The notes beneath the pieces were generated by a model. The model worked only from the letters and a program-made list of their open reading frames with translations. It did not search any database and had not been told where the DNA came from. From positions 4,600 to 54,000 of the forward strand of contig PMPX01000131.1 of the NCBI GenBank assembly GCA_003169235.1: DNA of 49,401 nt. Direction: 5' to 3'. Positions within the stretch are counted from its first letter, which is position 1. Every line of letters begins with the position of its first letter. This document shows, one piece after another, positions 1-8,899 of the stretch. The position numbers were made by a program, and so were the translations under genes. Origin of the DNA: Acidimicrobiaceae bacterium. GTDB lineage: Bacteria > Actinomycetota > Acidimicrobiia > Acidimicrobiales > RAAP-2.

Positions 1-1
1 G

Positions 2-877
2 TCCGGGACGCCGGTCAACCCGCTCGACCCGGATCTCGTCCCGGGCGGCTCGTCCAGCGGCTCCGCCGTCGCCGTCGCCACGGAGGAGGCGGACGTCGCC
101 TACGGGAGCGACACGGGTGGCTCGGTGCGCATCCCCTCGGCCTGCTGCGGCACGGCGGGCCTCAAGACGACCTGGGGCCGCATTCCGCTCGACGGCGTCT
201 GGCCGCTCTCGCCGAGCTTCGACACCGTGGGGCCCATGGCTCGGGACGTGGCGGGACTGGTGGCCGGCATGCAGCTGCTCGAGCCGGGCTTCACCGTCGT
301 TCCTCTCGGCGACGACGACCTCGTCATGGCCAGGCTGCCCATCAATGCCGACCCGGCGATCACCGAGGCGATCGACACGGCGCTCCACCAAGTGGGCTGG
401 GACTGCAAGGACCTCCCGGTGTCGGGGTGGGACGAGGCCACGGTGCAGGCCGGCCTCCTCCTGGTGGTCGAGGCCTGGCGGTCCGACGCCGCGCTGGTCG
501 AGGCGGACCCGGAAGGCATCGGGGAGGACGTGCTCGCCCGGCTCCGGCTCGGGTCGCAGTTCGACGAGGCCACGGTCAGCGCCGCGTGGCGCGTCCAGCG
601 CGACTGGAAGGCAACCCTGGAACGGGTCTTCCGTGAGGCCGACATCCTCGTCACGCCGACCCTGACGATCTTCCCGCCACGCCTCGATGACGGTGACGAC
701 CTCCTCGTGTCGCGCTGCACGCTTCCGGTGAACCTGGCCGGTGTCCCCGCCCTGTCGCTGCCCGTCCCGGCGTCGGGTCGGCTGCCGGCCAGCATCCAGC
801 TGATCGGGCCGGCGGGCAGCGAGGAGCGACTGCTGGCGGCGGGAGCCGAGCTCGAGGCCGCCGTGGCGGGCGGCTGA
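2..877 (+). CDS. amidase (amidase-signature family), 5' end cut by window edge
   Basis: The frame is open from nt 2 with no start codon. The translation contains GGSSSGSAVAVA and GSDTGGSVRIPSACCG, the Gly/Ser-rich amidase signature. ORF 125..877 is its in-frame tail. Confidence 0.85.
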   Translation, partial: SGTPVNPLDPDLVPGGSSSGSAVAVATEEADVAYGSDTGGSVRIPSACCGTAGLKTTWGRIPLDGVWPLSPSFDTVGPMARDVAGLVAGMQLLEPGFTVVPLGDDDLVMARLPINADPAITEAIDTALHQVGWDCKDLPVSGWDEATVQAGLLLVVEAWRSDAALVEADPEGIGEDVLARLRLGSQFDEATVSAAWRVQRDWKATLERVFREADILVTPTLTIFPPRLDDGDDLLVSRCTLPVNLAGVPALSLPVPASGRLPASIQLIGPAGSEERLLAAGAELEAAVAGG

Positions 878-890
878 GCCCGCCGGGCGC

Positions 891-1838
891 TCAGGCGTGG
901 CGCTGCACGAGTCGGCGTCCGATGTCGACCAGGTGCCTGCGCACGACGTCCGGCTCGAGAACCTCGACCGCGTCGGCCAAGCCGGCCAGTTGGCGGGCGA
1001 CCATGAGCTCCGAGTGGGCTCGTAGCTCCACGTCGACCCGACCGTCCCCCTGCGGTTGGCCGGCGTGCACACGATTCCCGAAGATGTAGCGCAGCACGTC
1101 GAGGACAGCCGGATCGGCCCGCAGCCGCACCGTGACCGGCGCCCGCTGGGCGTCGACGGTAGTGACGATGGAGCTCCACGCGGCGGCGAGGTCGAAGTTC
1201 TCGGGGCGCACGACGGGTCGCCCCGTTGGCGTTGCCGCCCGGACGCGGCTCACCCGGAACGTGCGCTGGCCGTCGTCGGTTCCCCCGATCAGGTACCAGG
1301 TGGTGTTCTTCACCACCAGACCGAGCGGGTGCACGGTGCGGGACGAGGCGCGCCCGTCACGACCGCGGTAGTCCAGCTCGACCTGGACGCCTTCGATCAC
1401 GGCGCGCTGGAGCACCTCGAGGTGCTCCAGTGGGGTCGGCTCCGCCTGGTCCCAGCCCGCTGCGTCGCGCACCACCGCGCCGGCCGCCGCCTCGGCCTGC
1501 TCCCGGAAGGTCGCCGGGAGGGCCCGCACCAGCTTGCGGAGGGCGGCGCGCACCTCCGGCGTCGCCGTCGCCGGTCCGGCGATGAGGAAGAGCGCACGAG
1601 CCTCATCCGCGCTGAGCCCGCTCAGGTCGGTGCGCGCGCCGCCGATCAATTCCCAACCGCCGCCCCGTCCGGGCTGGGAGTACACCGGGACCCCCGCCAT
1701 GCCCAGGCCCTCGAGGTCACGGCGTGCCGTGCGCTCGCTCACCTCGAGCTCGCGGGCCAGCTCGGCCGCCGTCACCCGGCCCCGGGACTGAAGGAACAAG
1801 AGGGCAGCGACGAGGCGGTCGGCTCGCATGGGGGACAT
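891..1838 (-). CDS. HTH transcriptional regulator with WYL domain (YafY-like)
   Basis: The N-terminus RADRLVAALLFLQSRGRVTAAELARELEVSERTARRDLEGL is a typical winged-HTH. The central part has a WYL-like segment (TWYLIGG), and the length of 315 aa fits the family. Confidence 0.85.
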   Translation of the reverse strand: MSPMRADRLVAALLFLQSRGRVTAAELARELEVSERTARRDLEGLGMAGVPVYSQPGRGGGWELIGGARTDLSGLSADEARALFLIAGPATATPEVRAALRKLVRALPATFREQAEAAAGAVVRDAAGWDQAEPTPLEHLEVLQRAVIEGVQVELDYRGRDGRASSRTVHPLGLVVKNTTWYLIGGTDDGQRTFRVSRVRAATPTGRPVVRPENFDLAAAWSSIVTTVDAQRAPVTVRLRADPAVLDVLRYIFGNRVHAGQPQGDGRVDVELRAHSELMVARQLAGLADAVEVLEPDVVRRHLVDIGRRLVQRHA

Positions 1839-1942
1839 TCTGGCTCCGAAACTGGCCAGAGGTTGTCCAGTTTGGGGGCGCAGTATGGCCGGGCAGGACC
1901 GACGACCACGCCGGCCGGACCGGCAGAAACGGAGACGGACAC

Positions 1943-2500
1943 ATGCCAGGACTCGTACCCCCCGTGACCGACGAGCGGGAGGCCCTCCTCGCCTTCCGCT
2001 CGCAGCAGCGTGACGCCCTGCGCTACGCCGCGCACGGCCTGACCGACGCTCAGGTGTCGGCCCGGTCGACCGTCAGCGAGCTGTGCGTGGCCGGGCTCAT
2101 CAAGCACGCGGCCCTGGTCGAGCAGGCCTGGTCCACGTTCCTCGTCACGGCCGATACCGGCGTCTTCGTCTCCCAGGACGACTGGGCCGACGGCTTCCGG
2201 CTCGTCCGTGGCGAGACCCTCGACGACGTGGTCGCCTTCGCTGCGGAGCAGGCCCGCCACACCGAGAAGGTGGTGCACGACATCGACGACCTCGGCGGCC
2301 TGCTGCCGCCCACCACGGACCTGGTGCCGTGGATCCCGGGGGGCACGGCCTGGACGCCCCGCTGGGTCCTGCTGCACCTCATTGAGGAGACGGCCCGCCA
2401 CGCCGGCCACGCCGACATCATCCGGGAGTCCATCGACGGCGCCACCTGCTGGACCGTCATGGCGGCCGCAGAGGGCTGGCCGGAGCAGGACCGCGGGTAG
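1943..2500 (+). CDS. DinB family protein (DUF664-like)
   Basis: I started it at the internal ATG at 1943 (MPGLVPPVTDEREALL...). The Arg/Gly-rich upstream part of ORF 1724..2500 is not protein-like. The C-terminal HLIEETARHAGHADIIRE is a typical DinB metal-binding helix. Confidence 0.75.
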   Translation: MPGLVPPVTDEREALLAFRSQQRDALRYAAHGLTDAQVSARSTVSELCVAGLIKHAALVEQAWSTFLVTADTGVFVSQDDWADGFRLVRGETLDDVVAFAAEQARHTEKVVHDIDDLGGLLPPTTDLVPWIPGGTAWTPRWVLLHLIEETARHAGHADIIRESIDGATCWTVMAAAEGWPEQDRG

Positions 2501-2543
2501 AGGGTGCCTGGCGCCAGCCGGCAGGCCGTAGCCTGGCGAGTGC

Positions 2544-3185
2544 ATGCAGATAGAGATCTGGTCGGACTTCGCGTGCCCGTGGTGTGCGCTCGGGCTGGCC
2601 CGTCTCGGGGCCGCCCTCCAGGCCTTCGAGCACGGCCATGAGGTCGGGGTCGTGCACCGGTCCTTCGAGCTCGACCCACGGTCGCCCGCCCGCATCGAGA
2701 GGTCGGCGGAGGAGGCGGTTGCCGCCAAGTACGGGATGAGCACAGCACAGGTCCGGGCCGGGCACGCGCAGCTCGCCGCCCTGGGGGCGGAGGTCGGCCT
2801 GGCCTTCCACTTCGAGCGGGTGCAGCTCGGCAACACCTTCGACGCCCACCGGCTCGCCCAGGCGGCACGCGGCAGCGAGTGCGAGGACGCTCTGGTCGAG
2901 ATGCTCTTCGCCGCGCGGTTCACCGAAGGCCGCCAGCTCTCGGATCACGAGGTGCTGCGTGACATCGCAGCCTCGGCGGGGCTCGACGAGCACATCACGG
3001 AGAAGGTGCTCGCCGGTGAGGCCTACGCCGACGCGGTACGGGCCGACGAGGCGGCGGCGCGCGAGCTCGGAGTCACCGGCGTGCCCTACTTCCTGATCGG
3101 CGGCGCCTGGCCGGTGCCCGGCGCCCAGGACACCGAGACGATGCTGATCCTCCTCCGCCGCGCCTGGAGCCGACTAGGCCATTGA
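2544..3185 (+). CDS. DsbA family oxidoreductase (FrnE-like thioredoxin fold)
   Basis: The N-terminus MQIEIWSDFACPWCALG carries a CPWC active site, and the C-terminal GVTGVPYFLIGG motif is present. Length is 213 aa. Confidence 0.85.
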   Translation: MQIEIWSDFACPWCALGLARLGAALQAFEHGHEVGVVHRSFELDPRSPARIERSAEEAVAAKYGMSTAQVRAGHAQLAALGAEVGLAFHFERVQLGNTFDAHRLAQAARGSECEDALVEMLFAARFTEGRQLSDHEVLRDIAASAGLDEHITEKVLAGEAYADAVRADEAAARELGVTGVPYFLIGGAWPVPGAQDTETMLILLRRAWSRLGH

Positions 3186-4538
3186 GGCGAGCATTTCGTC
3201 GATCATCTCCACGGTCGTGTTGGGATGCAGGAAGGCGAAGCGGGCCACCGTCTCACCCTCCCAACTGGTCGGGGTGACGAACCCGACCTGGTCGTGCAGG
3301 AGCCGGGCGGACCAGACGTCGTAGTCCTCCTTCCTCCATCCCGGGCGGCGGAAGAGCACGATGGAGAGCCCCGGATCGCGGACGAGCTCGACGTGGGGTG
3401 ATGCGGCGATGCGCTCGGCCGCCCTCTGCGCCATCGACAGGCCCGCCTCCACGGCGTCACGGTACGCGTCGAGCCCGTTCACGGCCATGGAGAACCACAA
3501 CGGCAGGCCGCGGGCCCGGCGAGTGAGGTGGAACGCGTAGTCACTCGGGTTCCACTCCTCGGGATTCTCGCTGTGGAGCACCTCGAGGTAGTGGGCGTCC
3601 TGCGTGTGCACCGCCTTGGCCAGGTTGGGCTGCCGGTAGATGAGCGCGGCGCAGTCGAACGGCGCGAACAGCCACTTGTGGGGATCGACGATGAAGGAGT
3701 CGGCCCGCTCGAAGCCGGTGAAGCGAGCCTGCACGGACGGCGCGAACAACGCGGCAGCGCCGCCGTAGGCACCGTCGATGTGGAACCACAGTGAGTGGTC
3801 GGCGGCCACGTCGGCGACACCGGCCAGGTCGTCGACGATCCCGGCATTGGTCGTCCCCGCCGTGGCGACGACGGCGATCACGTCGTCGCGGCGCGGATCG
3901 TCCCGGAGGGCCACTCGCAACGCCTCACCGGTCAGGCGGTGGTCGGCGGTGGGCACGGTCAGCGTCCCCACGCCCAGGACGTGGAGCGCCTTGCCGACGG
4001 AGGAGTGCGCGTCCTCGCTGATGGCGACGAGCGGCCGGATCGGCGCCTCGGCGTGGCGCCGGTGGGCGGCCGTGTCACGGGCCACCATGAGCGCCGACAG
4101 GTTCCCGGCGGATCCTCCGGCCACGAAGCAACCCCCGGCGCCCTCCGGGAGGCCCGCCTGCGCGGCCAGCACGTCGAGCGCCTGGTTCTCGGCGACCACG
4201 ACCCCGGCGGCTTCCAGCCAGGAGGTGCCGTGCAGGGACGAGCACGAGACGAACATGTCGAAGAGCAGGGACGCCTTGGTGGGCGCGGCCGGGATGAACG
4301 AGAGGAAGCGGGGGCTGTCGCAGGACACCACGGCGGTGGCCAGCTTGTCGATGAACAGTTTGAGCACGGCGGCGGCGTCGTTGCCCTCGGGCCTCATGAG
4401 TCCCGCCAACTCGGAATGGAGGGACTCGACGAGGCCCCCGAAGTCCAGCGAGACCGGGTCCATGGACAGTCGCTCCCGGCACGCCGCGAAGATCAGGTCG
4501 GCCATTTCGTCGTCGTAGTGGAACATGGCGCTCGTCAT
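3174..4538 (-). CDS. pyridoxal-phosphate-dependent decarboxylase (group II)
   Basis: The protein is 454 aa. DSFIVDPHKWLFAPFDCAAL contains the PLP-lysine HK motif and GGSAGNLSALMVAR is present. Its ATG overlaps the larC stop (ATGA at 4535-4538). Confidence 0.85.
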   Translation of the reverse strand: MTSAMFHYDDEMADLIFAACRERLSMDPVSLDFGGLVESLHSELAGLMRPEGNDAAAVLKLFIDKLATAVVSCDSPRFLSFIPAAPTKASLLFDMFVSCSSLHGTSWLEAAGVVVAENQALDVLAAQAGLPEGAGGCFVAGGSAGNLSALMVARDTAAHRRHAEAPIRPLVAISEDAHSSVGKALHVLGVGTLTVPTADHRLTGEALRVALRDDPRRDDVIAVVATAGTTNAGIVDDLAGVADVAADHSLWFHIDGAYGGAAALFAPSVQARFTGFERADSFIVDPHKWLFAPFDCAALIYRQPNLAKAVHTQDAHYLEVLHSENPEEWNPSDYAFHLTRRARGLPLWFSMAVNGLDAYRDAVEAGLSMAQRAAERIAASPHVELVRDPGLSIVLFRRPGWRKEDYDVWSARLLHDQVGFVTPTSWEGETVARFAFLHPNTTVEMIDEMLASMA

Positions 4539-5779
4539 CGGGCGGGAGAGCCCTCCGGCCCGGGCGCCGAACGCCAGGCCTCCTCGGCGCGGCTGGCCAC
4601 CTCGTGCAGGGAGGCCCCCGTCTTGGCGGCGACGAGCGCGACGTCGTCGAACTCCGCCTTGGCGCGTCCGTTGGTGACCTTCATCCGGACGGTCATGCCG
4701 TCGACGGTGGTCTGTGCCAACTGGCGCGCCACCGGCCAGCGCTCGACGGCAGTGCCCCGGACCCCCATGGTGCCGGTGACACGCTCGATCTCGGAGCGCA
4801 GCGAGTCAGCACGCGCCACGTCGGTCAGGACATGCAGGACGTGCCCGGGCCGACCCTTCTTCATCGTGACCGGGCTCACCCAGGCGTCCAAGGCGCCCGC
4901 ATCGAGAGCTGCGGCCACCGCGTACCCGAGTTGCTCCCCGGTGACGTCGTCGAGGTTCGTCTCGAGCACCAGCGCGGGCTGGCCGGGGCCGACGGCGGTC
5001 GACGTCGCTCTTCGGCCGATCACCACCTGGGTGCAGTTCGGCAGGTCGTCCATTTCGCCCGCGCCCCCACCGAAGCCCGATGCCGTGACCGTCATGTCGG
5101 GGAGCGGACCGAACGAGGAGCACAAGGTGGCGAGCAGGGCGGCACCGGTGGGCGTGGTCAGCTCTATCCGGACGTCTCGCCCGTAGGTCGGGACGCCTTC
5201 GAGCAGACGGACGGTGGCGGGCGCGGGGTTGGGGAGCCATCCGTGCGCGCTGCGCACGGTGCCGTTTCCGGTGGCCACCGGCGACGCATGGACATCATCG
5301 ACGCCGAGGACCTCGAGCGCCACCGCCGTGCCCACGATGTCGATGATCGCGTCGTGCCCCCCGACCTCGTGGAAGTGCACCTGCTCGACGGGCCGCCGGT
5401 GCAGGGCGGATTCCACGATGGCCAGTGAGCGGAACACGGCCAGTGCACGCTGCGTGACGCGCGGCGGCAGTGCGGCATCATCGATCAGGGCGGCGATGAC
5501 GCCGTGGGTGCGGACCACCACGTCGTCGCCGCTGACGATCGCGCGCGTGCACGCGATGCCGCCACGCAGGGCCGCCTCCACCTGGAGGTCCCAGCCCGGA
5601 AGGTCCAGCCGGTTCAGCAGGGCGCGGACCTCGTCAACGTCGGCGCCCGCGTCGAGGAGAGAGCCGAGCGCCATGTCCCCGGCGATGCCGGCGAAACAGT
5701 GGAACCACGCCACCGTCTCCACGTCCACGTCCACGTCGGCGTCGGTGGTCGTCACGGGAGGAGCCGCGCGATGGCGCAT
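4535..5779 (-). CDS. larC: nickel-pincer cofactor biosynthesis protein LarC (DUF111 nickel insertase)
   Basis: This is the tail of the 673-aa ORF. VAWFHCFAGIAGDMALGSLLDAGAD is the LarC N-terminal signature and MKKGRPGHVLHVL lies in the C-terminal domain. The start is ATG 5779, or alternatively GTG 5755, which forms GTGA with the larB stop. The upstream 259 aa of the ORF are Arg/Gly-rich read-through. Confidence 0.8.
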   Translation of the reverse strand: MRHRAAPPVTTTDADVDVDVETVAWFHCFAGIAGDMALGSLLDAGADVDEVRALLNRLDLPGWDLQVEAALRGGIACTRAIVSGDDVVVRTHGVIAALIDDAALPPRVTQRALAVFRSLAIVESALHRRPVEQVHFHEVGGHDAIIDIVGTAVALEVLGVDDVHASPVATGNGTVRSAHGWLPNPAPATVRLLEGVPTYGRDVRIELTTPTGAALLATLCSSFGPLPDMTVTASGFGGGAGEMDDLPNCTQVVIGRRATSTAVGPGQPALVLETNLDDVTGEQLGYAVAAALDAGALDAWVSPVTMKKGRPGHVLHVLTDVARADSLRSEIERVTGTMGVRGTAVERWPVARQLAQTTVDGMTVRMKVTNGRAKAEFDDVALVAAKTGASLHEVASRAEEAWRSAPGPEGSPAR

Positions 5780-6513
5780 GCCGCGCCGTAGCCGTTGTCG
5801 ATGCCGACGACCGTGATGCCGGACGAACAGGCGGCGAGCATGGTGAGCAGCGCGGTCACGCCCTCGAGCGCGGCGCCGTAGCCGGTGCTGGTCGGCACGG
5901 CGACGACCGGCGCCGGAGTCAGTCCGCCGACGACGCTGGCCAGCGCGCCCTCCATGCCGGCGATCACCACGACGGCGTCGGCCATGGCAATGGTGTCGAC
6001 CTCGGCCAGTAACCGGTGCAGCCCGGCGACGCCGCAGTCGGCGAGCAGGGTGCGGTCGAAGCCGAGCGCATTGAGGACCGAGGAGCACTCGGTGGCGACG
6101 GGGAGGTCGGCGGTCCCGGCCGTGACCACGACGACGGAGCCTTCCCGCCGGGGCGCGGGACGGAAGACCACCGTCGAGAAGGGTCCGCTCTCCGCCACGG
6201 CGGGGGGAGCCAGACCCAGAGAGGTAGCCACCGCGGCGACGGCTTTCACCTGGGCTTCGGCCGCCCGCGTCAGCAGGACGGGACCATCGGTCGCCGTGAG
6301 CAGCTCCTCGACGACCGCGGCGGCGTGCTCGGGCGTCTTGCCTGGGCCGTAAACCGCCTCGGGCATGCCGAGGCGCAGGTCGCGGTGGTGGTCCACCCGG
6401 GCGAAGCCCAGGTCCGAGTAGGGCAGGCGGCGCAGTTGCCGCACGGCGTCGTCGGGCGTGCATTGGCCCGCTGCGACCTGTTCGATGAGCACGCGAAGCG
6501 AAGAAGCGTCCAT
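5752..6513 (-). CDS. larB: nickel-pincer cofactor biosynthesis protein LarB (AIR-carboxylase-like)
   Basis: DLGFARVDHHRDLRLGMPEAVYGPGKTPEHAAAVVEEL and the PurE-like C-terminal half (VVVTAGTADLPVA...AGMEGALASVVGGL) match the family. I prefer the ATG at 6513; the ORF opens at a TTG at 6534. Confidence 0.85.
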   Translation of the reverse strand: MDASSLRVLIEQVAAGQCTPDDAVRQLRRLPYSDLGFARVDHHRDLRLGMPEAVYGPGKTPEHAAAVVEELLTATDGPVLLTRAAEAQVKAVAAVATSLGLAPPAVAESGPFSTVVFRPAPRREGSVVVVTAGTADLPVATECSSVLNALGFDRTLLADCGVAGLHRLLAEVDTIAMADAVVVIAGMEGALASVVGGLTPAPVVAVPTSTGYGAALEGVTALLTMLAACSSGITVVGIDNGYGAACAIARLLP

Positions 6514-6536
6514 GACCTGCTCTATCCTGCCCAACT

Positions 6537-7469
6537 GTGAACCCGCCTGCGACCACGGTCGCCTACTTCGGCCCAGCCGCGACCTTCACCCACGAGGCGC
6601 TGCTGACCCAGCTGGACCTGGCCAAGGCCGACCTGAGGCCTCTCGGATCGATCACGGCGGTGCTCGAGTCGGTGGCCCGCGGCGAGGCCGACCTCGGGTT
6701 CGTGCCCATTGAGAACGCAATCGAGGGCACTGTCAGCGCCACCATCGACGGGCTGATCCACGACGTCGACCTGCACATTCAGCGGGAGGTCGTCATGGAC
6801 ATCCACCTCCACCTGATGGCTCGTCCGGGCACCGGACTCTCCGACATCCGCTCCGTGTCGTCCTACCCCCATGCCCTCGCCCAGTGCCAGAAGTACCTGG
6901 CCGGGGCGCTGCCCGCGGCGGAGCAGCGAGCGGCGAACTCCACCGCCGACGCGGCACGGGTGCTCGGGGAGTCGGGCCCTCCCGACGAGGCCGCGATCGC
7001 CCCCCGGCTCGCGGCCGAGCGCTACGGCCTGGTCATCCTCGCCGAGGATGTGGAGGACCATCCGGACAATCAGACCCGCTTCGTCCTCCTCGCCCGGACC
7101 CGGGTCCCCAAGCCCACGGGCCATGACAAGACGAGCATCGTCTGCTTCCAGCGGGCCGACCATCCGGGCAGCCTGCACGGGATCCTCGGTCAGTTCGCGG
7201 CGCGCAACATCAACCTGACCAAACTCGAGTCACGCCCGACCAAGCAGGCCCTGGGCGACTACTGCTTCGTCATCGACCTCTCCGGGCACGTCGGCGACGA
7301 GGTCGTGGCCGACTGCCTGCGTGACCTCCATGCCGGACTGGCCGGCGTGAAGTTCCTCGGTTCGTACCCCGCGGCGGGGGAGCACGGTGCCGAGCAGCGA
7401 CGCCAGGCCGATGCGGCCTGGCAGGCCGCCGACGACTGGCTGCGCGGGCTGCGGGGCTCTATCGAGTGA
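6537..7469 (+). CDS. pheA: prephenate dehydratase
   Basis: VAYFGPAATFTHEA and ENAIEGTV fit the PDT domain. The C-terminal ACT domain is present (TSIVCFQRADHPGSLHGILGQFAARNINLTKLESRP). The start is GTG. Confidence 0.9.
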   Translation: MNPPATTVAYFGPAATFTHEALLTQLDLAKADLRPLGSITAVLESVARGEADLGFVPIENAIEGTVSATIDGLIHDVDLHIQREVVMDIHLHLMARPGTGLSDIRSVSSYPHALAQCQKYLAGALPAAEQRAANSTADAARVLGESGPPDEAAIAPRLAAERYGLVILAEDVEDHPDNQTRFVLLARTRVPKPTGHDKTSIVCFQRADHPGSLHGILGQFAARNINLTKLESRPTKQALGDYCFVIDLSGHVGDEVVADCLRDLHAGLAGVKFLGSYPAAGEHGAEQRRQADAAWQAADDWLRGLRGSIE

Positions 7470-8847
7470 CGGGCTGCGCGCGGGTGTGCTCGAGCGACCC
7501 CGGCAGGCGCCGTGCGATCACCAGGGCCAGGACGGCCGCCAGCGCGGCAGCGGCGAAGGCGATGACCACGCCACCCGCGATCGGCCGGGTGCCCCTCGAG
7601 ACGGCGGCGACCGCCGCGCCTCCGACGCCCACGCCGAGCGCGATCCCGAGCACGTCGGCGAGGTTCAACGACGCGGAGGCCCAGCCCTCCCGTCCAGGCG
7701 GCGCGGCGCGCAGCATCATCAGCGAAAGCGGCGCGTAGCTGAGGCCCATGCCGAACCCGGCGACGGACCACGCCACGAAGGCCTCCCAGACGGGCACGCC
7801 GGGGCGGAGTTGCCACGCCATGCCCGCCGTCCCGGCCAGGATGAGCAGCAACCCGGTGCGCACCAGGCGGGACCCCTCCCACTGGAGGTTGAGCCGGGCC
7901 TGGAGCCACGAGCCGGCGGTCCATGCCAACGTGGACGCGGTGACCACCGCGCCGGCCATGAGGGTGCTGTGGTGGCGCACCGTGGTGATCGTCAGTGTGA
8001 CGTAGGCGTCTGCTCCGAAGAACGCGAACGTGAGGAGCCCCCGGCTCAGGATCGTGGCGGGGAGCCCCCGGGCGCCGCGCAGCGTGCCGGGCGGGAGCAG
8101 GCGCCGCAGCGGTGCCACGCCGACGAGGGCGGCGAGGGCGGCGAGGGCGAGGCCGACGAGCAGGTCGCGGGAACCGAGCGCGGCGAGGATGAGCGCGGCA
8201 CCGACGGCGGTGCGGACGGCATCGGCGACCCGGTGCTCGACCGCCGGTGCCGCGTCCGGCCGGCCGAGCCGGAGGAGTGCGGGGACGGCGATCGGGCCGG
8301 CGACCGCCACCAACGGGATCAGGCCCAGGAACACCCAGCGCCACCCGGCGAGGTGGGCGACTGCGGCGGCCACGCCGGGGCCCACGATGCCCGGCACGAC
8401 CCACGCCGTCGACAGCACGGCCATCATCCGCGCCCGCTGCATCTCCCGCAGGCTGCGGCCGATGGCCACATAGGCGACAGCCGGAATGGCCCCGGCGCCG
8501 AGTCCCTGCAGGCAGCGGCCGCCGACGAGCACCCACATGGAGGGGGCGAGGCCGGCCACGAGAAGTCCGGCCGAGAACAGCACCAGGCCGGCGATGTACG
8601 GACGCGCCGGACCGTGCCGGTCGGCGTCGCGTCCCGCCACGACGATCCCGATGAGGGAGGCGAGCTGGAAGCTCGCGAAGACCCACCCGTAGAGCTCCAA
8701 CCCCTTCAGGTCGCGGGCCACCAGCGGCATCACGGTCACGACCGCCAGCGCCTCGGACGCGATGAACGTGACGGTGAGCACGAGCCCGAGCGTCAGCGCC
8801 CTCCTGTGCGGCGCCCACAGCCCGTCCCCCGAAACACCCTGGCTCAC
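7459..8847 (-). CDS. MFS transporter
   Basis: There are multiple hydrophobic spans, and GRDADRHGPARPY resembles the MFS loop 2-3 motif. I took the GTG at 8847; the ORF extends to 8952 through a non-protein-like leader. Confidence 0.8.
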   Translation of the reverse strand: MSQGVSGDGLWAPHRRALTLGLVLTVTFIASEALAVVTVMPLVARDLKGLELYGWVFASFQLASLIGIVVAGRDADRHGPARPYIAGLVLFSAGLLVAGLAPSMWVLVGGRCLQGLGAGAIPAVAYVAIGRSLREMQRARMMAVLSTAWVVPGIVGPGVAAAVAHLAGWRWVFLGLIPLVAVAGPIAVPALLRLGRPDAAPAVEHRVADAVRTAVGAALILAALGSRDLLVGLALAALAALVGVAPLRRLLPPGTLRGARGLPATILSRGLLTFAFFGADAYVTLTITTVRHHSTLMAGAVVTASTLAWTAGSWLQARLNLQWEGSRLVRTGLLLILAGTAGMAWQLRPGVPVWEAFVAWSVAGFGMGLSYAPLSLMMLRAAPPGREGWASASLNLADVLGIALGVGVGGAAVAAVSRGTRPIAGGVVIAFAAAALAAVLALVIARRLPGSLEHTRAQPVTR

Positions 8848-8899
8848 GAGGGCGAGACTACGGGCAGGAGCCGCTGGTACTCTGCGGCGGGGAGGGCAC

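Noticed and set aside
891-2500. The WYL-domain regulator as a marker of a defence or DNA-damage island
   Set aside because: Its neighbours are an amidase and a DinB-family protein, a common housekeeping pairing. No nuclease, helicase or toxin genes are adjacent.
5700-5760. The CACGTC x3 hexamer repeat at the larB/larC junction
   Set aside because: It simply encodes the DVDVDV stretch in the non-conserved LarC N-terminus. It is too short to argue for slippage or regulation.
4535-6556. The 673-aa ORF read as one large LarC-like protein
   Set aside because: Only the C-terminal 414 aa are LarC-like. The N-terminal 259 aa are Arg/Gly-rich and overlap the well-supported larB frame. The same reasoning trims ORFs 33160-35391, 33959-36046, 24270-26021, 30769-31698 and 40878-41927 to their protein-like tails.
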